This document shows, piece by piece, positions 29,259 to 40,248 of a DNA stretch of 64,000 nt. The first letter of the stretch is position 1. Every line of letters begins with the position of its first letter. The stretch is from Nitrospirota bacterium. GTDB taxonomy: Bacteria > Nitrospirota > Nitrospiria > Nitrospirales > UBA8639. The translations under genes were made by a program, and so were the position numbers. The DNA lies in contig JAQBUF010000006.1 of the NCBI GenBank assembly GCA_027623995.1, positions 2,895 to 66,894 on the forward strand, given 5' to 3'. The notes beneath the pieces were generated by a model. It saw nothing but the letters and a program-made list of their open reading frames with translations. It was not told where the DNA came from and did not search any database.

Positions 29259-31901
29259 ATGGATTTAATCACCACTCATCTCAATGCCGACTTTGATGGA
29301 CTTGCCTCAATGGTGGCAGCTCGGAAATTATACTCTGGCGCCACATTGGCTTTTCCTGGGGGAGCACAGGAACATGTGCGACGGTTTCTGGCCACTCATG
29401 ACTTGGGTCTCTCCAAACTTAAGGACGTGAATCTTTCACAAGTCCAGCGCCTTATTCTTGTGGACGTGCAAGAGCCGGAACGCATTGGGCGATTTGAAGA
29501 ATTGTTTCACGATCAAAAAATTGAAGTGCACATTTACGATCACCATCCCGGACATCGTGAGGAAGGAACCCACCAGCCAACACCTTCCCGCATTCATCGA
29601 GTGATGGATTCCGTGGGCGCCTCGGTGACAGTCCTGATCGAACAGCTACAGGCTCGAAGTATCTCACTGACCCCATTTGAAGCCACCGTGCTCGCCATCG
29701 GTCTATACGATGAAACGGGTTCCCTGCGCTACAACTCAACCACGCCTCGGGACCTGGAAGCTGCTGCGGTACTCTTACGCGCCAAAGCCGATCTCACAAT
29801 GGTCACGGCTTTTATGCAAACGCCACTGGATCCCGAACGCGTGGCCCTGCTCAATGATTTATTACAAACAAGTGAAACGCTGTATCTCCATGATCAGAAA
29901 GTGCTGCTCGCCACGAGTACCTATGATCGCTACACAGGCGATTTATCAGCCGTCGCCGAACAATTGGCCCAATTGGAAGGATACGATGCCATTCTCGCGC
30001 TCATGCCAATGGAAGATAAATTTCAACTGGTGGCCAGAAGCAAGAACCCCGACATCAACGTTGGAAAGTTGGCCGAATATTTTGGAGGTGGCGGACACCC
30101 GCAAGCCGCGTCTGCCACGATAAAAGGGAAGACCCTGATTGAAGTCACCGAACAGATTCGCGAACACGTCCTTTCGGAACCCAACAAGGCTCTGAGTGCC
30201 GCCAACATCATGACGACTCCTGTTCAAACCGCACATGAAGACGCCACGGTCATAGAAACGGAACAACAGATGACCCGTCTCGGCGTCAACGTCCTTCCGG
30301 TACTCAACACGAAGAAACGATATCTAGGACTCGTCTCCCGAGAAACCATTCAAAAAGCCCTGTTTCATGAATTCCGCGATATTCCCATTCGCACCATTCT
30401 GCAAACAGATATGTATACAGCAGAGCCTCACACGCCCTTTCATGACATTCAAACCCAGATGCTCGAACGCAATCAGCGTTTTGTGCCCATCCTCAAGGGC
30501 GGACGGGTGATTGGCGTGTTCACGCGCACCGACCTTTTACGAACGCTCCATCAGGATATTCTCGAATCCGCCCATGCCCCGGCAAAAGGCACCACCACGC
30601 CTCCGGCTCACCGGCACCGCAATGTGAAAGCCATGCTCAAGACTCGCTTTCCTGGTGATCTGTACGACCTTCTTGTGCTCGTGGGAGAGCAGGCGGAGCA
30701 GCATCACGTTGGGCTGTATCTTGTCGGCGGATGTGTGCGAGACCTGATTCTCAATATCCCCAATTTGGACATCGATGTGGTCGTGGAAGGAAACGGCATG
30801 GCGTTTGCCAAAGCCTTTGCCAAACGGCTTGGAGCCCGCGTGAAAGTCCATGACCGGTTTGGGACCGCGACGGTTACCTGCGCTAAGACCTGCAAACTCG
30901 ACTTTGCCACCGCGCGCACGGAATATTATGAATTCCCCACAGCCTTGCCGACCGTGGAACAAAGTTCCATTAAAAAGGATTTGTATCGCCGAGACTTTAC
31001 CATTAACACGCTGGCGGTCTGCTTAAATAGCCGCCGGTTTGGGGAACTGGTAGATTTTTACGGCGGCCAACGCGACCTTCATGACAAAACCCTCCGCGTG
31101 CTGCATAGCCTTAGTTTTATTGAAGACCCCACCCGCGTGTTTCGTGCGATCCGGTTTCAACAACGATTAGGCTTTCGGCTGGGCAAGGAGACGAGCACCC
31201 TGATTAAGGGGGCCGTCACGATGAATCTCTTCCATCGCCTTTCCCCCTCTCGACTGCTGAATGAACTTATCTTGCTCCTTTCGGAATCGGAACCTCGCAA
31301 GGCACTCGGTCAATTGGCGGAGTTTGATCTACTAAAGTTCATCCATCCACAGTTGAAATGGTCGCCTCAATTATCACGTGTACTCAAGGCCATTGAGGAG
31401 TCACTCGAATGGTACACCCTATTGTATCTTGACCGCCCCATGCACTCCTGGGTGGTCTACTGGATGGCACTGATGGACACGTTACCTCCCAAGGCCGTTC
31501 GTGACACCCTTCTTCGTTTAACCTTTCCCCAACGCCAGGCCAACAAGTTGGAATGTATTGGCCGAAAGTCCTCGATACTCCTGCGCCAATTGGGCAAACG
31601 TCCAGCACTCAAACCTGCCCAAATATACCGATTGCTCCAAGATCTCCCGGATGAAGCATTGATAGTATTGATGGCCAAATCTTCGTCTGAATCCATCAAA
31701 CGACAGATTTCGGCTTTTCTCACCACCTATCAACGCCTGACGCCCCTCTTGAATGGGACTGACCTCAAGGCCATTGGGTTCACGCCTGGGCCACAATTTC
31801 GAAAAATTCTTGATGCACTGTTGGATGCTCGCCTCAACGGTCACATCAAAACAGAATTTGATGAACGCGATTTCGTCAGCCAATTTCTTCGGAAGTCGTA
31901 G
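29259..31901 (+). CDS. DHH-DHHA1-CBS-class II tRNA nucleotidyltransferase (probable A-adding enzyme)
   Basis: 'HLNADFDG', 'YDHH', 'GGGGH..AASA', CBS pair, 'YLVGGCVRD.....DIDVVV', 'DLYRRDFTIN', 'FIEDPTRVFRAIRF'. Confidence 0.9.
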   Translation: MDLITTHLNADFDGLASMVAARKLYSGATLAFPGGAQEHVRRFLATHDLGLSKLKDVNLSQVQRLILVDVQEPERIGRFEELFHDQKIEVHIYDHHPGHREEGTHQPTPSRIHRVMDSVGASVTVLIEQLQARSISLTPFEATVLAIGLYDETGSLRYNSTTPRDLEAAAVLLRAKADLTMVTAFMQTPLDPERVALLNDLLQTSETLYLHDQKVLLATSTYDRYTGDLSAVAEQLAQLEGYDAILALMPMEDKFQLVARSKNPDINVGKLAEYFGGGGHPQAASATIKGKTLIEVTEQIREHVLSEPNKALSAANIMTTPVQTAHEDATVIETEQQMTRLGVNVLPVLNTKKRYLGLVSRETIQKALFHEFRDIPIRTILQTDMYTAEPHTPFHDIQTQMLERNQRFVPILKGGRVIGVFTRTDLLRTLHQDILESAHAPAKGTTTPPAHRHRNVKAMLKTRFPGDLYDLLVLVGEQAEQHHVGLYLVGGCVRDLILNIPNLDIDVVVEGNGMAFAKAFAKRLGARVKVHDRFGTATVTCAKTCKLDFATARTEYYEFPTALPTVEQSSIKKDLYRRDFTINTLAVCLNSRRFGELVDFYGGQRDLHDKTLRVLHSLSFIEDPTRVFRAIRFQQRLGFRLGKETSTLIKGAVTMNLFHRLSPSRLLNELILLLSESEPRKALGQLAEFDLLKFIHPQLKWSPQLSRVLKAIEESLEWYTLLYLDRPMHSWVVYWMALMDTLPPKAVRDTLLRLTFPQRQANKLECIGRKSSILLRQLGKRPALKPAQIYRLLQDLPDEALIVLMAKSSSESIKRQISAFLTTYQRLTPLLNGTDLKAIGFTPGPQFRKILDALLDARLNGHIKTEFDERDFVSQFLRKS

Positions 31902-31955
31902 AGGCAGTTCAAAAATGGCCCTTCTCTTTTCCCTTTAGTCACGTTAAAATCCGAC

Positions 31956-32252
31956 ATGCCTGCTGCCTGGCCCATTGCCAAATTTCTCTTCAAACTGATT
32001 GCCCCTAGCATCCCGGATATTATCTCCACTGTTTCCAATATGAGAAATCAGCAAGAAGGCATCAAATCGCAAGAGGAAACGCTGGCAGAACGATTCAACG
32101 AAATCGATCACACCCTTGCACGCCAGCTGGAATTGATCGACACCCTCACCCAACAAATCGCGACCATCCACCTTATCCTAAGACGAACACTCATCATCAG
32201 CATTGTGACACTCTGCCTAGCCATCATCGGACTTGCCTTGATTGTGTATTAG
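31956..32252 (+). CDS. Hypothetical coiled-coil protein with C-terminal TM helix
   Basis: Clean ORF; heptad middle region; hydrophobic C-terminus. Confidence 0.6.
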   Translation: MPAAWPIAKFLFKLIAPSIPDIISTVSNMRNQQEGIKSQEETLAERFNEIDHTLARQLELIDTLTQQIATIHLILRRTLIISIVTLCLAIIGLALIVY

Positions 32253-32271
32253 CAAAATTTTTAGCTAGCCC

Positions 32272-32763
32272 ATGAGTTCCCGTGCCCCCGAACCAGATTC
32301 CCCTACCACGATTGGTGTAATTTCCGACACCCATGGGGTACTTCGCCCGGAAGCCTTCACAGCATTAACTGGCTCTCACCTCATCATTCATGCCGGAGAT
32401 ATTGGCAAACCTGAAGTCCTGACCCAACTAGAAACTCTGGCACCCGTACTCGCCGTCAAGGGCAATAATGACCAAGGTTCGTGGGCTGACTCCTTACCTG
32501 AAACACAATCAACCACCATTCAAAGCCATCACATCTTCGTGATTCATGATGTCAAACGATTTAAGAACGACCCTATTCATTCGCCATTCACGATCATCAT
32601 TTCCGGGCATTCCCATAAACCTACAGTAACTGAACACAACGGCTTGCTTTTTCTTAATCCTGGCAGTGCAGGCCCCCGACGATTTTCTCTGCCCATCACG
32701 GTCGCACTAATTCATATTGACGGCCTCACCCTTTCTCACCAATTTATTCATCTCACCCAATAA
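32272..32763 (+). CDS. Metallophosphoesterase (YfcE/MJ0936 family)
   Basis: 'ISDTH', 'HAGDIG', 'VKGNND', 'GHSH', 'NPGSAG.RR'. Confidence 0.9.
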   Translation: MSSRAPEPDSPTTIGVISDTHGVLRPEAFTALTGSHLIIHAGDIGKPEVLTQLETLAPVLAVKGNNDQGSWADSLPETQSTTIQSHHIFVIHDVKRFKNDPIHSPFTIIISGHSHKPTVTEHNGLLFLNPGSAGPRRFSLPITVALIHIDGLTLSHQFIHLTQ

Positions 32764-32890
32764 TTGACCCACAGACATTCCCTCACCGTATTGTGCTTTT
32801 TCTCCTCAAAAGGGGGTTAAGATCCACTGGGGAACCCGCCGATATAACTTTCACGACGGACAATATTTTGGGAAGGGACATGTTGTTCAC

Positions 32891-33169
32891 ATGAATCAGA
32901 CTGCAACCGACATCTCACAATACATCCAAGATTTCACTGACGGTGAACTGAAAGACTACACGTGCTTCGCAGGAAATTTTCGAGACCAACGCCTTGAACA
33001 AAGCTGCATGGCCGAGGCCGCGTTTTGGAATGCCATTGTGAATCTCTGTGTCGATGAACGTGTTCGACGCAATGAGGAAACCCGTCGGTTAGAAATTATG
33101 TATCGCACAGGAATGGATACGTCCAGGGATGATCAGCAACCCAATGAACCTGAAAGCTCTATGGCTTAA
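32891..33169 (+). CDS. Hypothetical protein
   Basis: Intact 92-aa ORF with plausible composition. Confidence 0.55.
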   Translation: MNQTATDISQYIQDFTDGELKDYTCFAGNFRDQRLEQSCMAEAAFWNAIVNLCVDERVRRNEETRRLEIMYRTGMDTSRDDQQPNEPESSMA

Positions 33170-33329
33170 ACACACCCCAGCCAACATCACCTCATTCTTT
33201 CGCAAATAACTAGCCTGTTTGGCCTACTCCACTGCCCTTTCCGCCCCATTCAAAAGACTAACTCAAATCAAGTATCATTTCCCCTCACTTTTTCTTTTCA
33301 CTCTTCATGACATTCTTCGGAGAAGATCC

Positions 33330-34997
33330 GTGCAAATACACATCATAGCGTTTCTGGTTATCGTCTTATGCCTATCGGCAATACCCACACAGGCAGAACC
33401 AAATCGAGTTCAGCGCAACATTGAACACATTCAACAACTCTGGAGTGAGGGACAAATTGGCCTCGCACTCACCACTGTCGAGGAGATACTTACCTCAGCA
33501 TCAGATGACGCTCGATTACATAAACTTCGTGGCGACTTACTCCTGCTTCAGCGACAAAATGCTGCTGCGCTCACCGCCTATGATCGCGCCATCTCTCTGG
33601 AACCCAAAGATATCGAAGCCCGTTGGGCAAAATGGAGCCTCCTTGCCAGAATGGGCGACGGAGCTAAAGCCATTCAGGAATTAAAACACCTCACGGAGGC
33701 AGAACCGACCAACCCAGTTTTGCGATACCGATGAGGAAACGCACTCCGGCGTAAAGATCATCTCGAAGAGGCGATCCCTGTCTATTGGGATTCGATTGCT
33801 TTGGCCCCTGGCCAATTACGATGGCACCTCACGCTCGCACGCACCATGTACGATGTACTGAGAAACAACGATGCACGAGCCATCATCAATCATGTGCTCT
33901 CAGAGGCTGCGCCAGGATCATCCGTTCACGCCGGGGCTCAGCAGCTTCTGGCTATTGTGGACGGTGGAACTACAGACAAGGGACGCCGCAGCAAGCCCTT
34001 CGGGGCCACCCGAGAGGGAGCATCACGCAATCGTGAATGGGCTTTGACTCGTGGCCATGCTTGGGCCTTAATGAAAAAAGGACAGTTTCAGGAAGCTGAA
34101 CCCGTGTTGAGACAAGTGATGGCCATCAAACCCGATGACCATCGAGCCCCATACGACCTTGGAAAAACCCTAATAGCCTTGAGTCGATATCCCGAAGCCA
34201 TCCACGCCATGAAAGAGAGCATTGCCTTAAGTCCCGATGGCGACATTTACCCAGACGCAATCTTCCGCATTGGGCAATGTCACGCTCACCTGAGCCAATG
34301 GGATGAAGCTCGCAAACATTTTGATCGAGTCTTGGCCATTGAACATTGGCGACGAGAACCCACCTACTCGATGACCTTCCCACATTTACACAGAGTCGAG
34401 GCTGCACGAACAGAAGCGATTGAACATGCGACGCGTTTAGGCCAACTCACAGATGTCCCCTTATTACCGTCGAATCCAGAAGAGCCGGATTCATCAATAT
34501 TCCTTGATCACGCCAATCAAGCCACGCCCCAACACCAACTAGTCTCCAGCCCGTTGTCTGATCGAGATGCCATCATTGGGCGAGATTCCTTTCGTGCCTG
34601 GTTCAGCCACATTATTCCCGCTCACGCGGTTGAACGAGATGACCTTCAAACAGGCACGCATGATTTCTTACCACTGAATCCGCGAGATACGTTTCATCCC
34701 GACGACCCTGAAATTACCCTCGTCTTTGGTGTACTCCTCCCCTCCTACGATGCCATACAATTGACGGCTGAATATGTCCTTGAACCTGGCAGCATAGGAT
34801 CACCTCAATCTCCCATTGGACGAGACACCGTCGAGCTGACCAACAGTGAACAGTCGGGGTATTTTATCTTACACGCTCCAGAGGAAGGATGGCCCATTGG
34901 CATCTACCGCGTGGATCTCTTCATGGGCGACCAGGTATCGGCAGCCACCCATGTGGATGAAGTCTGGTTCCGTATTGTTGAATCCCAAAAACCATAA
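33330..34997 (+). pseudogene. Exported TPR protein split by an in-frame TGA (33732-33734)
   Basis: The two ORFs are in the same frame: ...LRYR*GNALRRKDHLEEAI... continues a TPR motif. GTG start at 33330 has a GGAG RBS and a signal peptide. Confidence 0.75.
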
Positions 34998-35108
34998 ACA
35001 CGAACGCTAACCGAGACATTCACCATAGGCCGCTTGGCTAATCCATACATTCCTGGCATGTTGGTCATCGGCTCTCTCATTCACTGAGTTCACGTTCACT
35101 CATTCACC

Positions 35109-36446
35109 ATGTTGGAAAAATACTTTCATCTTTCCGCAAGAGGCACGACCGTTCACACGGAACTGCTCGGTGGCACCACCACCTTCTTCACTCTGTCTTA
35201 CATTATATTTGTCCAACCCACATTGCTGTCGGCCACCGGAATGGATTTTGGCGCAGTGATGGTCGCCACCTGTGTCGCCAGTGCGTTCGCCACCCTCATC
35301 ATGGGCCTGTATGCCAATTTCCCCATTGCCATGGCTCCGGCGATGGGCCACAACTTTTTTTTCACGTTTACGGTCTGTGGAGCCATCAGCGCCGGAGGAA
35401 TGGGACTTCCTTGGCAAACGGCATTAGGCGCAGTCTTTGTGGCGGGCGTGTTATTTCTTGTGTTAAGCCGCGTGGGTCTCCGAACACATCTGCTAAATGC
35501 CGTCCCGTCCTCACTCAAACATGCCATCGCCGTTGGGATTGGTCTGCTGATTTCGTTTATCGGTTTTCAATGGGCAGGAATTGTCGTCGATCGACCTGGT
35601 ATTTTAATCGGCCTTGGTGACCTCACCAGTCCACCAACCTTGTTGGCACTCACGGGCCTTGCCATCACAAGTATTCTCCTTTCACTGGGATACCGAGCAG
35701 CGATCCTTCTCGGGATTCTCGTCACCTCTGGCTTGGGGCTACCATTTGGCCTAGTCACATTTTCTGGCATAGCCAGCACTCCCCCGTCTCTCACTCCTAC
35801 CTTCTTTCAGCTTGATTTCGTCGGACTGTTTTCTCAGGCTGGGGTGACAGCTATTTTGATTTTTTTCTTTTTAGCGGTATTCGATACCATTGGCACAGTC
35901 ATTGGAATCTCAACACAAGCTGGGCTCGTACAGAATGGACACCTGCCTCATGGCGAGAAAGCCCTGACCGCCGATGCCACAGGCATTACCCTTGGAGCCG
36001 TCATGGGGACCTCAACACTCACCTGCTTCGTGGAAAGTGCTGCGGGTGTGGCCTCAGGCGCTCGAACAGGTCTCGCCAACATCGCAACGGCTGGGTGGTT
36101 TCTCCTCGCGCTATTCTTTTTTCCCTTGGTCCAAATGGTCAGCAAAGGATACGTCACGCCTGAAGGGCTACAGCTCAATCCGGTCATCGCGCCAACTCTT
36201 ATCGTCATCGGCAGCTTCATGCTCAACAGTATTGGCGAAATCTCATGGAAGGATCCAACCGAAGCCATACCCGCATTTCTCACCATGCTCCTCATGCCCC
36301 TCACCGTCAGCATCGCTGACGGCATTGCGTTCGGGATCATATCCTATTGTCTCCTCAAACTCGCCACAGGCCGTGGAGCAGAAGTACCATGGTTGATGTA
36401 TGGGTTTGGATCCGCATTACTCCTCGGTTACTTTTGGTTGTCGTAA
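35109..36446 (+). CDS. NCS2/AzgA-family purine permease
   Basis: 'TELLGGTTTFFTLSYII', 'APAMGHN.FF', 'VFDTIGTVI', 'FVESAAGV..GARTGL', 'EAIPAFLT'. Confidence 0.92.
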   Translation: MLEKYFHLSARGTTVHTELLGGTTTFFTLSYIIFVQPTLLSATGMDFGAVMVATCVASAFATLIMGLYANFPIAMAPAMGHNFFFTFTVCGAISAGGMGLPWQTALGAVFVAGVLFLVLSRVGLRTHLLNAVPSSLKHAIAVGIGLLISFIGFQWAGIVVDRPGILIGLGDLTSPPTLLALTGLAITSILLSLGYRAAILLGILVTSGLGLPFGLVTFSGIASTPPSLTPTFFQLDFVGLFSQAGVTAILIFFFLAVFDTIGTVIGISTQAGLVQNGHLPHGEKALTADATGITLGAVMGTSTLTCFVESAAGVASGARTGLANIATAGWFLLALFFFPLVQMVSKGYVTPEGLQLNPVIAPTLIVIGSFMLNSIGEISWKDPTEAIPAFLTMLLMPLTVSIADGIAFGIISYCLLKLATGRGAEVPWLMYGFGSALLLGYFWLS

Positions 36447-36527
36447 ATCATTGTTACATTAAGCCTATAGGCATTCGAAACCCCCTTCGTATAAAATATA
36501 GCCACCCCCAAACCTCAAAGGAACCTC

Positions 36528-37358
36528 ATGCAAAAACTGTTTGTCTCTCCTCTCCTCATGGAAGTTGAATCCCTCAAGGAAATCCTTGAGCAAGAAGGGA
36601 TTGTGTGTACGGTGAAGAATCAACAGGGATCATCCTTAGCAGGCGAAGTTCCCTTTGCCGAAGTGTTCCCCGAGCTGTGGGTGGTCAATAATGATGACTT
36701 TCCGCAAGCCCAAGAATTTCTAGAAAGTTGGCGCCAAGGCCAACCATCGGAAGTCACGGCATGGGCTTGCTCAAAGTGTGGGGAATCGCACGAAAGAGAT
36801 TTCACTACCTGCTGGAAGTGCGGAAATGATCGAAATTCAAACTCAAAACCCACCTCAATCGTCGAGGGTTCTGAAGATTCGGAAAAGGGACCTTTCCCAA
36901 CATTTGAATTTTTAATGGGTGTAGGGTTGGGGATAATTCTTGTGTGGGGAGGATTAACGGTCCGAGACTATCTCTCTCTTCAGGAGGTCCCTAAAGACCG
37001 CAACTCAGATGGAAAAATCGATCTCATCACCACACGTGATAAAAATGGCTATGCTATTAATATGAAATATGATGAAGATTTTGATGGGTTTTTTGAAACA
37101 TATTATGAATATAACTCCAAGGGAAATCCAACTAAAGGGGAAGTTGACCGAAACCAAAATGGGATTATAGACCTCTACCAGGAATATGTATTTGGCATAT
37201 ATAAGTCAAAATACTTTATTGACGAAGAAACAGGGAATGTAACGAAGCGGGCATCCTATAAATTCGGCACAAAAACTCACGAAAATTTAGACACAGATGG
37301 CGACGGGAAATTCGACAAGACGATATCATTTGATAAATTCGAAAATCCTATCAATTAA
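36528..37358 (+). CDS. DUF2007 plus Zn-ribbon protein with an AT-rich C-terminal Ca-binding-loop domain
   Basis: 'LEQEGI.C.VKN...AGEVPF.EVFPELWV', 'WACSKCGE...F..CWKCG', a TM helix, then four DxNxDG-like loops. Confidence 0.75.
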   Translation: MQKLFVSPLLMEVESLKEILEQEGIVCTVKNQQGSSLAGEVPFAEVFPELWVVNNDDFPQAQEFLESWRQGQPSEVTAWACSKCGESHERDFTTCWKCGNDRNSNSKPTSIVEGSEDSEKGPFPTFEFLMGVGLGIILVWGGLTVRDYLSLQEVPKDRNSDGKIDLITTRDKNGYAINMKYDEDFDGFFETYYEYNSKGNPTKGEVDRNQNGIIDLYQEYVFGIYKSKYFIDEETGNVTKRASYKFGTKTHENLDTDGDGKFDKTISFDKFENPIN

Positions 37359-37529
37359 ATACCTCTTCAATAAATGATGAATTTATTGAAATACCTTATG
37401 CTGCCTCTGCACAATAAGAAAATTAAAAGCCCCATCACTTAAAAGATAACTCGTTTTAATGAAAACCGTAACTTACCGCTATTCTTGCTCCCGTTTCCGC
37501 CGTTCCCGAACATGCATATCATCCAAGGT

Positions 37530-40110
37530 CTAACCACCTGTTCGAACCCCTAATCCCTTAAGGACATCTCGGAGTCGGTCCGCTTCCGCCATCATTGCAG
37601 GGATGGCAATAGACGGATGCCCGTAGGATTCCATGCGGTGCGACGCGGCCTGCACGTTTCCTCGTTGAAGTTCAATATCCACCATTCCAAGTCTGGCCCA
37701 CATTCCTGGGACTCGGAGCACCAGGCTTTGATCTATCGTCGGCGGTTTTCGTGATTCAAAATCCAAAGCCCACTCAAATTGGTTCATGGCTTTGTCATAT
37801 CGCTTCAATCCCACATTCGCTTGTCCCGCTCGGACGGTTGACCAGACAATAAGCGTTTCAATGGTTGGAGCCTCGGGAACATGTTGAGCATCCTCAAACG
37901 GTTCCGGCAACAATCCATAGGGAGACTTCGTGGATTTACTTTCCTGACTAGTCCGACGATAGATATTGAAATTGACATCCAACAGTCGGAGGCTTCGACG
38001 AAAATTCCCTCGCTGGCTTGATTCTGTGGCTGCGGCATTATTGATGGCGAGTAACCGAAAAATATCATCAGGATGAAACTCGCCCCCATCCTTTTCTCGC
38101 ACATTGAGACCTAAGAACGATAATCGAACTTCTTCCAAGGCCGCCGCCGCGACGAACCACGACTCGGCCAACACATGGTCTCCCTTCTCACGGGCCAGGG
38201 CACCCCGAAAGGCGGCCACTCTCGGGTCAGAAGGATCAAGGGCCGCAGCAACATTCAACACCTTGTTCGAGGCGTGATAGCCTGTCCGACCAAACTCAAT
38301 CCATGAAAGTTTCAGCATGGGCGCTGCCGAAGTCTGCACTAAATTCGTGGCAATCGATTGCGCTTCATAGGCGAGATGCGTTTGTCCAATGTTATGCGCA
38401 ATCGTGCTGAGACGTTGAGCGGCTTTAAAAAAATTTAGGATCAAGATCCAGGGCTTTTTTGAGCCAAGTCGTCGCACCAACAGGATCTTTGTCACGTTCG
38501 GAAAGAATCGATCGATAGTAGTAGGCGTGAGCCGAGTTGGGCGCAGCGACAATCGCCAGTTCAAGTACACGTCGAGCTTTGGCCCACATTTTTTGAACAA
38601 TGGCATCCAATTCATCGACACGACGCAATTCGGCTTCGGACGGGTATCGATAATAGATGTCCTGGGTATCCTCCCAGGTGTTGACCGACCGCAAGTCTGA
38701 AGCCGCCGAGGCCTGGACAAAAACAATATAGTCCAACACGATGGCAAAGAGGTCTTGGATGACGGGGTCCTTCCCAGCAAGATCAATGGCGCGTGAAAGA
38801 TACTTCTCGGCCGCGACCCAATCATTGGCTCGCTTAAAACGACAGGCCCCCTTAAACGCCAAAGCGCGTGGATGATTTGGATTCAATTTCAACGCACGGT
38901 TCACAGCAATTTCGGCGAGTGCCAATTCTCGTTCTTGTCCTTTTTCTGTTTGGGATCGATACGGACGATTTCGAGCATGTGGTTCCACGGCTTCCCCGAC
39001 AGCAATAAGGGCGTGTTCGTACAAAAACTTCCCCAACATCACGAAATCATCGGCAGTGGCGTTTGGCCGGGCCGCCGCACCGCGCAATTTGGAGAGCTTG
39101 AGTTGATATTGCTCATCAGCCCGCAACCGCCCATATTGACTAACCTTCACAACTTGCTCTGCCAGTTGTATGAGACTCTTCCATGTCGCACCTTGCTGAG
39201 CCGATTCACGCAGGTATTCGAGAAAAGCCAACTTACGTTGGTCGTCTGGTGCCGTGGTGAAATTGCCTAACGCCTTTTTCAGTTGGGTGTCATACGGGGA
39301 GTCAAGTTTGGGATCGATCTTTCGTGCTTCGGCCAATCCTCTTCGTGCTGCCGGTGCATCACCCAACGCGGCATGAGCCAGAGCACGGCCTACCATCGCA
39401 TGAGCATGGTTGGGTTGCTCTACCACTACCGCCGTGTAATCCGCCCGAGCGCCTTCGGAAAATCCTAATTGTCGTTTACACTCAGCCAGGAGAAATAATA
39501 CTTCTTTATCTCTGGGATTCGCTTGATAGGTATGGGAAAGATCACCGTAGGCTTGCGAACATTGTCCAGCGTTGTATCCATCGATGCCTCGTTGCCGCAA
39601 AGCGCTAGTGAGATCGTCTTGCGTCCCACTGGAAATCCTGAACCCAGCAGGCTTGCTTCGAGAATGTGTTTTTGAAGAAGCCTGTTCGGTTTTCGAAGGC
39701 TGGGGAACATTTTCGGGAACAACCGTCACCGACTCCAGACGCTTCCAATTCACCGTTCCCAACTGGCCAGTAGCAGTAAAGGTATGGTGATCAGGCGTGT
39801 GATACGTCCCACCATCTTTATACGTCATGGTGTTCGCAGCCAGAGCCCACTTCCCATCTTTTGCCCCAAATTTCCCACTATGGCCTCCCTGCGCGCCAAG
39901 CCCTTCCAGGCGAAACTCATAGGTTCCATTCGCACGAATGTCCCATAACCAATGAACGGTTCCACCTGGTCCAGGGACTGTCAGCTCCCACGTTCCGACG
40001 ACATCTGGATCGACATCTGCTGCTGCGGCCGTCGCACCACAAGGCACAACACAAATGAACAGCAAAACTCCCAACAATAAAAAAGTAAGATGTGCTCTCA
40101 TGTTGAACAT
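37530..40110 (-). pseudogene. Large exported TPR protein split by a T7 homopolymer frameshift near 38430
   Basis: ORF1 ends PKFF* at CCT AAA TTTTTTT AAA. With six T it reads PKFFKAAQRLS into the 37530 ORF. Confidence 0.75.
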
Positions 40111-40248
40111 CTCAATAAACCTTACGACAAAAATAGTAGTATTGAAGGGAAAGAATTGGAAAGGACTGAGAAGACATACACGCCACTAAGGAGGAAATTC
40201 ATCATGACTTCATACAACAATTGAAGTTCTAAATTTTAGGTGGGAAGT

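Noticed and set aside
33732-33734. Selenocysteine readthrough of the in-frame TGA
   Set aside because: The position corresponds to a hydrophobic TPR residue, with no redox motif and no evident SECIS hairpin; a nonsense mutation or error is more likely.
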